This document shows, in pieces, positions 51,463 through 62,726 of a stretch of DNA of 64,000 nt (its first letter is position 1; each line of letters begins with the position of its first letter). The DNA is from Paracoccus sp. (in: a-proteobacteria) (GTDB lineage: Bacteria; Pseudomonadota; Alphaproteobacteria; Rhodobacterales; Rhodobacteraceae), in the NCBI RefSeq assembly GCF_030604785.1, contig NZ_JAUVVF010000002.1, forward strand, positions 12,041 to 76,040. Direction: 5' to 3'. The translations under genes were made by a program, and so were the position numbers. The notes below the pieces were generated by a model. It saw only the letters and a program-made list of their open reading frames with translations, did not search any database and was not told the origin of the DNA.

Positions 51463-52016
51463 AACGCCTGTTGCTTGCCGCCCTTGTTCTGCCCTCGGCC
51501 GCGCTGGCCCATCCGGGCCATGGGCACGATGAGGGCCAGTTCCTGCACGGCCTGATGCACCCGGTCGGCGGGGCCGATCACCTGCTGGCGATGGTCGCGC
51601 TTGGGCTTCTGGCCGCGCAGCTGGGGGGCCGGGCGGTCTGGGCGCTGCCGCTGACCTTCGTCGCGGCGATGCTGGGTGGCGGGCTTCTGGGGGCCATGGG
51701 CGTCGCGCTGCCGGCGGTCGAGCCGATGATCCTGGCCTCGGTCGTCATCCTCGGCGTGCTGGTCGCGATGGCCGCGCGCCTGCCGCTTTCGGCGCTGCTG
51801 CCGATGGTCGCGCTGTTCGGCGCGGCGCATGGCTGGGCGCACGGGGCCGAGGGGCCGGGCAGCGGGCTTGCGCTTTACGCCGCGGGCTTTGCGCTGGCGA
51901 CGATGGCGCTGCATCTTGCAGGCATCGGCTTCGGCCGCCTGCTGGCGCGCGGGCCGGAACTGCGCGTTCTGGGCGGCGGCACGGCGCTGGCGGGTCTTGC
52001 CCTGACGGTGGCCTGA
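51459..52016 (+). CDS. ureJ: HupE/UreJ nickel transporter
   Basis: Signal peptide then AHPGHGH; [22 protein letters not shown]. Confidence 0.92.
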   Translation: MKRLLLAALVLPSAALAHPGHGHDEGQFLHGLMHPVGGADHLLAMVALGLLAAQLGGRAVWALPLTFVAAMLGGGLLGAMGVALPAVEPMILASVVILGVLVAMAARLPLSALLPMVALFGAAHGWAHGAEGPGSGLALYAAGFALATMALHLAGIGFGRLLARGPELRVLGGGTALAGLALTVA

Positions 52017-52017
52017 C

Positions 52018-52319
52018 ATGATCCCCGGTGAGATCCTTCCCGCCGACGGCACCATCGCCCTGAACGAGGGGCGGCGCACCGTCTCGCTGCTGGTCGCCAA
52101 TACCGGCGACCGCCCGATCCAGGTGGGCAGCCATTACCATTTCGCGGAAACCAACGCCGCGCTGGATTTCGACCGCACGGCGGCGCGCGGCATGCGGCTG
52201 GCGATCCCCGCAGGCACCGCCGTCCGGTTCGAGCCGGGCCAGTCGCGCGAGGTGACGCTGGTCGATTTCGCAGGCGCGCGGGCCGTCCACGGCTTTCGCG
52301 GCCAGATCGGGGGTGCGCT

Positions 52320-52323
<4 letters not shown>
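52018..52323 (+). CDS. ureB: Urease beta subunit
   Basis: [30 protein letters not shown]. Confidence 0.97.
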
Positions 52324-54005
<1,682 letters not shown>

Positions 54006-54019
54006 GGGAGGAGAAGATC

Positions 54020-54556
54020 ATGATTGCAACCGCACATACCATCATCCGCAACGCGCCCGGCCCCTTTGATGCCGAGGTGTCGCTGGATTACGAGGGCCGC
54101 CTGCTGCGGCGCAAGCGGCTGGCCTGTTCGGGCGGCGATTTCCTGGTGGATCTGGCCGAAGTGACCAGCCTTGAAGATGGCGACGCGTTCGAATTGTCGG
54201 ACGGGCGGATGATCGCGGTGCGCGCAGCACCCGAGCCGGTTCTGGTCATCCGGGGCCATCTGGCGCGGCTGGCCTGGCATATCGGCAACCGCCACACCCC
54301 CTGCCGGATCGAGGCCGACCGCCTGATCATCCGACAGGATCACGTTCTGGAAGCCATGCTGAAGAAGCTGGGCGCCGACATCTGCCGCAAGGAACTGCCC
54401 TTCCGCCCCGAAGGCGGCGCCTATGGCCATGGCCGCACCTTCGGCCATGATCACGGGCCGGACCGGGGGCATGGCGACGGCCATCACCACGCCCATTCCC
54501 ATGATCACGGCAGCCACCACCATGACCATAACGGCCACAGCCACAGCCACGCCTGA
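54020..54556 (+). CDS. ureE: Urease accessory protein UreE
   Basis: AWHIGNRH, FRPEGGAYG, long His-rich tail; GGAGGAG SD. Confidence 0.94.
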   Translation: MIATAHTIIRNAPGPFDAEVSLDYEGRLLRRKRLACSGGDFLVDLAEVTSLEDGDAFELSDGRMIAVRAAPEPVLVIRGHLARLAWHIGNRHTPCRIEADRLIIRQDHVLEAMLKKLGADICRKELPFRPEGGAYGHGRTFGHDHGPDRGHGDGHHHAHSHDHGSHHHDHNGHSHSHA

Positions 54557-55184
54557 CGCGGCACGCCTGTTCCTGCAGCAGATCCTGTCGCCCGCCTTTC
54601 CGGTGGGCGGCTTCGCATGGTCGCAGGGGCTGGAATGGGCGATGGACCAAGGTGCGGTGACGCGCGCAACGCTGCCCGTCTGGCTGGCCGACTGGCTGGA
54701 TCACGGCACGGGCCGCGCCGACGCGCTGCTGGTCGCGCTGGCGCTGCGGCCGGGGGCTGACCACGCGGCTCTGGACGATCTGGCCCGCGCCGCCTGTCTG
54801 ACCAGCCAGCGCCTGACCGAGACGCAGGAACAGGGCGCCGCCCTGACCGCCAGCCTGGCCGCACTGACCGGGGCGGACCTGCCGCCGCTGACCCTGCCCG
54901 TGGCCTTTGGCCGGGCCTGCGCAGCGCTGCCCCTGCCCGGCCCCGAGATCGTGTCGGCCTGGCTGCTGGCGCAGGCGGCCTCGCTGATCAGCACGGCGGT
55001 GCGCTTCATGCCGCTTGGACCCTTGGAGGGGCAGCGCCTGCTGGCCGCCGCCCATCCCGCGATCATGGCCCGCGCCGCCTGGGCCTGCGCGGCCGATCAG
55101 GACGCGCTTGCCAGCGCCACATGGGGTGCCGATATCGCCGCCATGCGCCACGAAACCATGACCACGAGGATCTTCCGCTCATGA
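54522..55184 (+). CDS. ureF: Urease accessory protein UreF
   Basis: [19 protein letters not shown]...RIFRS; start ambiguous inside the ureE His tail. Confidence 0.9.
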   Translation: MTITATATATPDAARLFLQQILSPAFPVGGFAWSQGLEWAMDQGAVTRATLPVWLADWLDHGTGRADALLVALALRPGADHAALDDLARAACLTSQRLTETQEQGAALTASLAALTGADLPPLTLPVAFGRACAALPLPGPEIVSAWLLAQAASLISTAVRFMPLGPLEGQRLLAAAHPAIMARAAWACAADQDALASATWGADIAAMRHETMTTRIFRS

Positions 55185-55804
55185 GCCAGAATGGACCCCT
55201 GCGCGTCGGCATCGGCGGCCCCGTCGGCGCCGGCAAGACGACGCTGACCGAACAGCTGGCCCGCGCGCTGGCGCCGCGCCTGTCCATGGCCGTCGTCACC
55301 AACGACATCTATACCCGCGAGGATGCCGAGGCGCTGATGCGCGCGCAGGTCTTGCCCGTCGAGCGCATCCGAGGCGTCGAGACCGGCGGCTGCCCCCATA
55401 CCGCGATCCGCGAGGATGCCAGCATCAACCTGGCCGCCATCGCCGAACTGACCGAGGCCTTTCCCGATCTCGACCTCGTCCTGATCGAATCGGGGGGTGA
55501 CAATCTGGCAGCGACCTTCAGCCCGGAACTGGCCGACCTGACGATCTACGTGATCGACACGGCGGCGGGGCAGGACATCCCCCGCAAGCGCGGCCCGGGC
55601 CTGGCGCGATCCGACCTTCTGGTGGTGAACAAGACCGATCTGGCGCCGCATGTGGGCGTCGATCCCGTGCAGCTTGAAAAAGATGCACATGATGCACGCG
55701 GCCCGCGCCCGGTCGTGATGGCGCAGCTTCGCCACGGCCAGGGCGTGCAGCAGATCGTCGATTTCCTGATCGAACAGGGCGGTCTGGCGCCGCGCGCGGC
55801 CTGA
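55181..55804 (+). CDS. ureG: Urease accessory GTPase UreG
   Basis: [26 protein letters not shown]. Confidence 0.97.
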   Translation: MSQNGPLRVGIGGPVGAGKTTLTEQLARALAPRLSMAVVTNDIYTREDAEALMRAQVLPVERIRGVETGGCPHTAIREDASINLAAIAELTEAFPDLDLVLIESGGDNLAATFSPELADLTIYVIDTAAGQDIPRKRGPGLARSDLLVVNKTDLAPHVGVDPVQLEKDAHDARGPRPVVMAQLRHGQGVQQIVDFLIEQGGLAPRAA

Positions 55805-55989
55805 AACTGCCCTTGCGGCAGGCATCTGCCTCTGGCTATGCCTGCCGCCGCGCCAAAGCCTGCGCGACCCGCCCCCGGACTGCCCGAATCCTGTCCAGAT
55901 GCCCGATTTGCGATTTTTCTGCATCTGCGAAGGCGCCGCCTTCCACAGGGACAACAGGGACATCCGGCCAGACCGGGGGAGTTTTAACG

Positions 55990-57273
55990 ATGATCAAAAC
56001 AACGCGACTGCTGATGACGACCAGCGCCCTTGCGCTGGCGGGCATGGCCCATGCGCAGGAAGGCGAGCCGATCAAGATCGGCGTGCTGCATTCGCTGTCC
56101 GGCACGATGGCGATTTCGGAAACCACGCTGAAGGACACCGTCCTGATGATGGTGGAACAGCAGAACGCCAAGGGCGGCGTGCTGGGCCGCCCGCTTGAGG
56201 CGGTCGTCGTCGATCCGGCCTCGGACTGGCCGCTCTTTGCCGAAAAGGCGCGCGAGTTGCTGACCGTCAGTGAGGTTGACGTGATGTTCGGCTGCTGGAC
56301 CAGCGTCAGCCGCAAGGCCGTGCTGCCTGTGATCGAAGAGCTGAACGGCCTGCTGTTCTATCCGGTGCAATACGAGGGCGAAGAATCCTCGCGCAACGTG
56401 ATCTATACCGGCGCCGCCCCGAACCAGCAGGCGATCCCGGCCGTGGACTACATGATGGAGGAGCTGGGCGTCGAAAGCTGGGCGCTTCTGGGCACCGACT
56501 ACGTCTATCCGCGCACCACGAACAACATCCTTGATGCCTATCTCAAGTCGAACGGCGTCGCCGCCGAGGACATCTTCGTGAACTACACGCCGTTCGGTCA
56601 TTCCGACTGGTCGCGGATCGTGGCCGATGTCGTGGCGCTCGGCGCGGGCGGCAAGAAGGTCGGCGTCGTCTCGACCATCAACGGCGATGCGAATGTGGGC
56701 TTCTACAAGGAACTGGCGGCGGCGGGGATTTCCTCGGACGACATCCCGGTCATGGCCTTCTCGGTCGGCGAAGAGGAATTGTCGGGTCTGGACACGACCA
56801 ACCTTGTCGGCCACCTGGCGGCCTGGAACTACTTCCAGTCGGCGGACACGCCCGAGAACGCAGCCTTCATCGAGGGCTGGCACGCCTTTACCGGCGATAC
56901 GAGCCGCGTGACCAATGACCCGATGGAGGCGACGATGATCGGCTTCAACGCCTGGGTCGCCGCCGTCGAAGCCGCCGGCACGACCGATGTGGACGCCGTG
57001 CGCGACGCCATCGTGGGCATCGAGGTTCCGAACCTGACCGGCGGCACCGCGACCGTCCTGCCGAACCACCACCTGACCAAGCCCGTCCTGATCGGCGAGA
57101 TCCGCGCCGATGGCCAGTTCGACATCGTCAGCCAGACCGAGCCGGTGCCGGGCGATGCCTGGACCGACTTTCTGCCGGAATCGGCGGTTCTGGAAGCCGA
57201 CTGGCCGGGCAAGGGCTGCGGCATGTGGAACATCGAGACCGAAAGCTGCGTGCAGATCCAGTCGAATTACTGA
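55990..57273 (+). CDS. urtA: Urea ABC transporter substrate-binding protein
   Basis: Signal peptide; IGVLHSLSGTMAISE, GCWTSVSRK, YPVQYEG, AAPNQQ. Confidence 0.95.
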   Translation: MIKTTRLLMTTSALALAGMAHAQEGEPIKIGVLHSLSGTMAISETTLKDTVLMMVEQQNAKGGVLGRPLEAVVVDPASDWPLFAEKARELLTVSEVDVMFGCWTSVSRKAVLPVIEELNGLLFYPVQYEGEESSRNVIYTGAAPNQQAIPAVDYMMEELGVESWALLGTDYVYPRTTNNILDAYLKSNGVAAEDIFVNYTPFGHSDWSRIVADVVALGAGGKKVGVVSTINGDANVGFYKELAAAGISSDDIPVMAFSVGEEELSGLDTTNLVGHLAAWNYFQSADTPENAAFIEGWHAFTGDTSRVTNDPMEATMIGFNAWVAAVEAAGTTDVDAVRDAIVGIEVPNLTGGTATVLPNHHLTKPVLIGEIRADGQFDIVSQTEPVPGDAWTDFLPESAVLEADWPGKGCGMWNIETESCVQIQSNY

Positions 57274-57282
57274 TCGCTTGCG

Positions 57283-57305
57283 CGGGGCGGCATCACGCCG
57301 CCCCG
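57283..57305 (+). terminator. Hairpin after urtA, possible attenuator or mRNA-stabilising stem
   Basis: 9-bp stem CGGGGCGGC-atcac-GCCGCCCCG, no U tract. Confidence 0.45.
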
Positions 57306-57306
57306 A

Positions 57307-59256
57307 TTGCCGAATGACCCAAAGGATACGCGCGTGCCCCGGTTTTTCCTGATCGCCCCGCTGATGGCGGTGCTGATGCTGGCGGGCCTTGCCGCCCCCT
57401 CTGCCGCAAACCCCGCGCTCGAGACGCTGATCTCCGAGAATATCGACCAGATCGACCAGCCCTCACGCCGGACGGTCGAACCTCTGGTGGCCAGCATCGC
57501 TGCCACCGGCCCCGAAGGTCTGGCGCTGCTGCAGGCCTGGGCCGACCGCAGGCTGGGCCTGCTGGACGGACGCGCGGTGATCGCCGATGGCGATGCGCTG
57601 ACCGACGCCGCGACGGGCGCCCCGGTCACGGGCGATCCGAAGATGCTGCGCCCCAATTCCGGCGTGCGCGGCGTGATCGAGGCCGCCCTGGCCGCGGGGG
57701 CGCTGACCGATCCCGATCCCGCCCGCCGCGCCGCCGCGCTGGACAGCCTGTCGCGCAGCGCCGATGCCGAGGGGCTGGCCGCGCTGCGTGCCGCGTTGGA
57801 CGATCCCGATCCCGCGCTGGCCGCACGCAAGGCGCGGCTGGAACGGCTGCTGACCATCCAGCACGACCCCGACAGCGCCGCCCGCGTGGCTGCCATCGAG
57901 GAAATGGCCGGCGATGTCGGGCTTGATTTCCGCGCCGCGCTGAACCCGCTGCTGGCGACCCGCCGCGTCGTCTCGACCACCGAGCCGCAGGGCAATATCG
58001 CCGACGAACTGAGCCCCGGCAGCCGCGACCTGCCGCGCGAGGCGGCGATTGCGCTGCTGATCCAGGAGGGCGCGCTGGACCCGGCCCTGACGCCCGCCGA
58101 ACAGCGCGCCCGGCTGGCCGCCAACATCACGAATGGCAGCGTCGGCGGCATCCCCGTCGCGCAGCTGTCGGACCCCACCGCCCGCGACCGCGCCTACGAG
58201 GCGCTGGAGTCCGCAGGCGCCGTCCCCCCCGCCGCCACCGCCGCCGAGATCGACGCGGCGCTGGACGCGCACCGCTTCTTTGACCTCTATGCCGAAGCCG
58301 ACCCCGCCGTGACCGATGCCGCCAAGGCCGCGCAGATCCGCGCGCAGGTGCGTCTGGCCGCGATGCAGGGCATCGATCTGGGGCTGGACGCGCTGTCCTT
58401 GGCCTCGATCTACTTCCTTGCCGCGATCGGGCTGGCGATCACCTTCGGCGTGATGCGCGTGATCAACATGGCGCATGGCGAATTCATCATGATGGGCGCC
58501 TATACGGGCTTTACCGTCCAGACGCTGATCGCGGACCGCACGCTGTCGCTGATCGTGGCGCTGCCTTTGGCCTTTGTCGTGACCTTCGGGGCCGGGGTGG
58601 CGCTTTACCGGCTGGTGATCCGCCATCTGGCGCATCGCCCGCTGGAAACGCTGCTGGCGACCTTCGGGGTGTCCATCGCGCTGCAACAATTGGCCAAGAA
58701 CATCTTTGGCACGCAGGCCCGGCCGCTGACCGCGCCCGCCTGGCTGGAAGGGTCCATCGTCATCAACGACGTGATCGGGATCAGCTCGATCCGTGTGGCG
58801 ATATTCGTGCTGGCGCTGCTGTTCCTGGGACTGTTCCTGTTCATCATGAAGCGCACCCGGCTGGGGCTGGAGGTCCGCGCCGTGACCCAGAATCCCGGCA
58901 TGGCGGCCAGCATGGGCATCAACCCAGACCGCATCGCGATGATGACCTTCGGCCTTGGCTCGGGCATCGCGGGGATCGCGGGCGTGGCGATCGGCCTCTT
59001 CGCGCAGGTCACGTCGGAGCTGGGCCAGCAATACATCGTGCAGAGCTTCATGACGGTGGTCGTGGGCGGCGTCGGCAACATCTGGGGCACGCTGGCGGGC
59101 GCCACGCTGATCGGCGGGCTGTCCAAGGTCATCGAATCGCTGAACCCCAGCAACACGCTGGCGGCGCAGACCTTCATGATCCTGTTCATCATCATCTTCA
59201 TCCAGTTCCGGCCGCGCGGGATCATCCCGCAAAAGGGCCGCGCGGCAGAGGTCTGA
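57307..59256 (+). CDS. urtB: Urea ABC permease with large N-terminal periplasmic domain
   Basis: GLAITFGVMRVINMAHGEF, TRLGLEVRAV; start uncertain (57307, 57334 or 57364). Confidence 0.92.
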   Translation: MPNDPKDTRVPRFFLIAPLMAVLMLAGLAAPSAANPALETLISENIDQIDQPSRRTVEPLVASIAATGPEGLALLQAWADRRLGLLDGRAVIADGDALTDAATGAPVTGDPKMLRPNSGVRGVIEAALAAGALTDPDPARRAAALDSLSRSADAEGLAALRAALDDPDPALAARKARLERLLTIQHDPDSAARVAAIEEMAGDVGLDFRAALNPLLATRRVVSTTEPQGNIADELSPGSRDLPREAAIALLIQEGALDPALTPAEQRARLAANITNGSVGGIPVAQLSDPTARDRAYEALESAGAVPPAATAAEIDAALDAHRFFDLYAEADPAVTDAAKAAQIRAQVRLAAMQGIDLGLDALSLASIYFLAAIGLAITFGVMRVINMAHGEFIMMGAYTGFTVQTLIADRTLSLIVALPLAFVVTFGAGVALYRLVIRHLAHRPLETLLATFGVSIALQQLAKNIFGTQARPLTAPAWLEGSIVINDVIGISSIRVAIFVLALLFLGLFLFIMKRTRLGLEVRAVTQNPGMAASMGINPDRIAMMTFGLGSGIAGIAGVAIGLFAQVTSELGQQYIVQSFMTVVVGGVGNIWGTLAGATLIGGLSKVIESLNPSNTLAAQTFMILFIIIFIQFRPRGIIPQKGRAAEV

Positions 59257-59260
59257 GCCC

Positions 59261-60496
59261 ATGACACGCACCCCCTTCGTGCTGCGGCACCCCTCGATCC
59301 TGGTCGTCCTGGCGGTTCTGGCGGTCTTCACCGCCGCCGTCACGGCGGGCAGCGCGGCCTATGGATCGGGCGCGATCCCGGTCTCGATGATCAAGCTTCT
59401 GGGCAAGACGCTGTGCCTTGCGCTGGCCGCCGTGGCGATGGATCTGGTCTGGGGCTATCTGGGCATCCTGTCGCTTGGCCAGATGGCGTTCTTCGGGCTG
59501 GGCGGCTACATGATCGGCCAATGGCTGATGTATGCCCGGACCGAGACCATCGTGGCGGCCCAACTGGCCCAGCAGCCCATTCCCGCCACCGCGCAGGAAT
59601 TGCAGGACGCGGTGACGAACCAGATCTTCGGCGTGGTCGGATCGTCGGACCTGCCGCTGGTCTGGTCCTTCGCCCATTCGCTGACCTTGCAACTGATCCT
59701 TGTTCTGGCCGTGCCGGGGCTTTTGGCGCTGGTCTTCGGCTGGCTGGCCTTCCGTTCGCGCGTGAACGGGGTCTATCTGTCGATCCTGACGCAGGCGATG
59801 ACGCTGGCGCTGGCGCTGTGGCTCTTCCAGAACGACAGCGGGTTCCGGGGCAATAACGGCCTGTCGGGCCTGCAGAACATCCCAGGCCTGGATTACGTCG
59901 GGCAGGCCACGCTGTCGGTCTGGTTCCTCTGGGCCTCGGCGCTGGCGCTGGCCCTGGGCTACGCCTTGGCCGCCTGGCTGGTCAGCGGCAAGTTCGGCAG
60001 CGTGGTCCGCGCGATCCGCGACGACGAGACCCGCGTGCGCTTTCTGGGCTACCCGGTCGAGGGGTTCAAGCTGGTCGTCTTCACCGTCGCCGCGATGATG
60101 ACGGCCGTGGCGGGGGCGCTCTATTACCCGCAGGCGGGGATCATCAACCCGGCAGAGCTTATGCCCATCGCCTCGATCTATCTGGCGGTCTGGGTGGCGA
60201 TCGGCGGGCGCGGGCGGCTTTACGGCGCGGTGATCGGGGCGGTGATCGTGTCGCTTCTGTCCAGCTGGTTCACCGGCGGCCGGGCACCCTCGATCCATCT
60301 GCCGGGCTATGTGGTGAACTGGGTCGATTGGTGGCAGGTCGCGCTTGGCCTGACCTTCGTGCTGGTCACACTGTTCGCGCCCAAGGGCATCGCGGGCCTG
60401 TTCGACCGGCTGTCGGGCATCCTGCCGCCGCGCCGCCATGGCCGCGATCTGGGCCCAGGTCAGGGCGCCCTTCAGGAGAAAGAGGCCAAGGCATGA
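59261..60496 (+). CDS. urtC: Urea ABC permease
   Basis: WGYLGILSLGQ, GVYLSILTQA, GNNGLSG, AIRDDE. Confidence 0.93.
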   Translation: MTRTPFVLRHPSILVVLAVLAVFTAAVTAGSAAYGSGAIPVSMIKLLGKTLCLALAAVAMDLVWGYLGILSLGQMAFFGLGGYMIGQWLMYARTETIVAAQLAQQPIPATAQELQDAVTNQIFGVVGSSDLPLVWSFAHSLTLQLILVLAVPGLLALVFGWLAFRSRVNGVYLSILTQAMTLALALWLFQNDSGFRGNNGLSGLQNIPGLDYVGQATLSVWFLWASALALALGYALAAWLVSGKFGSVVRAIRDDETRVRFLGYPVEGFKLVVFTVAAMMTAVAGALYYPQAGIINPAELMPIASIYLAVWVAIGGRGRLYGAVIGAVIVSLLSSWFTGGRAPSIHLPGYVVNWVDWWQVALGLTFVLVTLFAPKGIAGLFDRLSGILPPRRHGRDLGPGQGALQEKEAKA

Positions 60497-61233
60497 GCGC
60501 GCTTCTGGAAGTCAGCGGCATCAGCAAGACCTTTGACGGGTTCAAGGCGATCAACAACCTGTCCTTTTCCATTGGGGCGGTCGAACTGCGCGCGGTGATC
60601 GGGCCGAACGGGGCGGGCAAGACCACCTTCATGGACATCGTGACAGGCAAGACCCGCCCCGACGAGGGCGAGGTCCTGTGGGGCGAGGGGTCGAAATCGC
60701 TGCTGCGGATGAACGAGGCCCAGATCGCCCGCGAGGGGATCGGCCGCAAGTTCCAGCGCCCGACCGTCTTCGAGGACCAGACCGTCGCCGAGAACCTGAC
60801 CATGGCGCTGAAGGCCGAGCGCGGCCCCCTTGCCGTGCTGCGCTGGCGCCCCGACCGCGACAGCGCGTCCCGCGTCGCGGAACTGGCCGCCGAGGTGGGT
60901 CTGTCCGATCACGTCGCGCGCAAGGCGGGCGAGCTGAGCCACGGCCAGAAGCAATGGCTGGAGATCGGGATGCTCTTGGCCTCGGCCCCGCGTCTGCTGC
61001 TGGTGGACGAGCCTGCGGCGGGCATGACCCTGGCCGAGCGCGAGCAGACGACGACGCTGCTCTGCCGTCTGGCCGAGACGCGGGCCGTGGTGGTGGTGGA
61101 ACACGACATGGATTTCGTGCGCCGCCTGAATTGCCGGGTGACGGTGCTGCATCAGGGTTCGGTCCTGGCCGAGGGCTCGCTGGACCATGTGACGCGCAAT
61201 CCCGACGTGATCGAAGTCTATCTGGGGCGATGA
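60493..61233 (+). CDS. urtD: Urea ABC ATP-binding protein
   Basis: GPNGAGKT, LSHGQKQW, VDEPAAG, VEHDM. Confidence 0.94.
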   Translation: MSALLEVSGISKTFDGFKAINNLSFSIGAVELRAVIGPNGAGKTTFMDIVTGKTRPDEGEVLWGEGSKSLLRMNEAQIAREGIGRKFQRPTVFEDQTVAENLTMALKAERGPLAVLRWRPDRDSASRVAELAAEVGLSDHVARKAGELSHGQKQWLEIGMLLASAPRLLLVDEPAAGMTLAEREQTTTLLCRLAETRAVVVVEHDMDFVRRLNCRVTVLHQGSVLAEGSLDHVTRNPDVIEVYLGR

Positions 61234-61234
61234 G

Positions 61235-61942
61235 ATGCTGGAAGCCACGAACCTGACCCTGCATTACGGCGGCAGCCAGATCCTGCACGGGATCGACATC
61301 ATCGCCCGGCCCGGCGCGGTGACCTGCGTGATGGGCAGCAACGGGGTCGGCAAGACCTCGCTGATGAACCTGCTGGCGGGGCGGCATCCCCGGTCCGGGG
61401 GGGAGCTGTCGCTGGACGGCAAGCCCCTGGGCCGGGTCAGCGCGCAGGCCATGGCGCGGATGGGCGTGGGCTATGTCCCGCAGGGCCGCGCGATCTTTCC
61501 GATGCTGACCGTGCGCGAGAATCTGGAGACCGGCTTTGCCTGCCTGCCGCGCGCCGAGCGCGCCATTCCCGACGAGATCTTCGAGAGTTTTCCTGTGCTT
61601 GCCGAGATGGCGCATCGGCGGGGCGGCGATCTGTCGGGGGGCCAGCAGCAGCAGCTGGCCATTGCGCGGGCACTGATCACGCGGCCGCGCGTGCTGCTGC
61701 TGGACGAGCCGACCGAGGGGATCCAGCCCAACATCATCGCGCAGATCGGCCGCGTCATCGCCGCCCTGCGCGACCGGGGCGACATGGCCATCGTCCTGGT
61801 CGAGCAGTTCTTCGATTTCGCCTGGGATCTGGGCGACGCCTTCCTGGTGATGGAGCGCGGCCGCGCGGTCGTCCAGGGGCCGAAGGAGCGTCTGTCCCGC
61901 GACGATCTGCACGGGCTTCTGGCGGGCCATCAGGCAGCCTGA
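61235..61942 (+). CDS. urtE: Urea ABC ATP-binding protein
   Basis: GSNGVGKT, LSGGQQQQL, LDEPTEGIQP, VEQ. Confidence 0.94.
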   Translation: MLEATNLTLHYGGSQILHGIDIIARPGAVTCVMGSNGVGKTSLMNLLAGRHPRSGGELSLDGKPLGRVSAQAMARMGVGYVPQGRAIFPMLTVRENLETGFACLPRAERAIPDEIFESFPVLAEMAHRRGGDLSGGQQQQLAIARALITRPRVLLLDEPTEGIQPNIIAQIGRVIAALRDRGDMAIVLVEQFFDFAWDLGDAFLVMERGRAVVQGPKERLSRDDLHGLLAGHQAA

Positions 61943-61966
61943 GGGACGTTGCCGCGGGCGGGGAAA

Positions 61967-62035
61967 GGGGGGCTGGCTGCCCCCCTCTTGGCCTGCGGCC
62001 AATTCACCCCCCGTGGATATTTGAGCCAAGGCAAA
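61967..62035. repeat. REP-like element, long copy
   Basis: G-run/C-run hairpin, second hairpin, then CCCCCCGTGGATATTTGAGCCAAGGCAAAG. Confidence 0.8.
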
Positions 62036-62047
62036 GGCCGAACTGGC

Positions 62048-62497
62048 CTAGCGTTTTCTTTCCCAACGACCTGATTCCTCGGACCAGTATTCGGCTTCGA
62101 TGCCGGCGGCGGAGAGCTGGCGCCATTGGTCGCGGGCGGTGGCGAGGGCATTCGCGTCGCCGCCGTCGAAGAGGATGCAGCTGCGTTCGAGCGCGCCGAT
62201 CCGGGCCGGGTCGAGGGGCGGGCCGTCCAGCGTGATCAGGCAGGAGGGTGCGTTCGTCGCTGGCTGGTCGGGCAGGGTCAGGAGGACCGGCTGGCGGTCG
62301 TCATGGGGGCCGCCCGCGAGGCCGTGGGGCAGGAAGCCGTCGCCCTGCCACAGATGAAGGTCGAGCCGGTCGAGGCGGGCGGGGGTCGTGGCGCGCAGTT
62401 CCACGCGCCAGCCCGCCGCAAGGGCGCGGGTGAGGAGTTGCGGCAGGAGGTCCTCGGCCGGGGAGCGGGTGAGGTGGTAGAAGAGCGCCTTGCCCAT
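62048..62497 (-). CDS. holC: DNA polymerase III subunit chi
   Basis: FYHLT, LDLHLW...FLPHG, QPVLL, RDQWR, YWSE..GRW. Confidence 0.93.
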   Translation of the reverse strand: MGKALFYHLTRSPAEDLLPQLLTRALAAGWRVELRATTPARLDRLDLHLWQGDGFLPHGLAGGPHDDRQPVLLTLPDQPATNAPSCLITLDGPPLDPARIGALERSCILFDGGDANALATARDQWRQLSAAGIEAEYWSEESGRWERKR

Positions 62498-62594
62498 CGT
62501 CAGGCCGCGCGGGTCTGTTGCGCAACGGGGGCGCGCGGGGGGTGTTGCGCGGTGACGGGCGCGGGGGCGGTTTTGGCCAGCGATTGCTGGATTT

Positions 62595-62649
62595 CGGCGC
62601 GCACGGGGCGTGCGCCGGGCGTGCACCGCGGGTGCACAGGGCGTGCACC
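62595..62649. repeat. Tandem array of about five 11-bp units, consensus GGGCGTGCACC
   Basis: cggcgcgcacg/gggcgtgcgcc/gggcgtgcacc/gcgggtgcaca/gggcgtgcacc in the pepA-holC gap. Confidence 0.75.
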
Positions 62650-62726
62650 GCTTGCGCGCGCCCCGCGGCGGGCGGGGCCGCGCCGGGGGGCGCGGCCTGT
62701 CGACAGGTGGTGGCGGGGGGCGAGGG

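Noticed and set aside
55805-55989. NtrC or sigma54 sites upstream of urtA
   Set aside because: No convincing TGGCAC-N5-TTGC or NtrC palindrome found by eye
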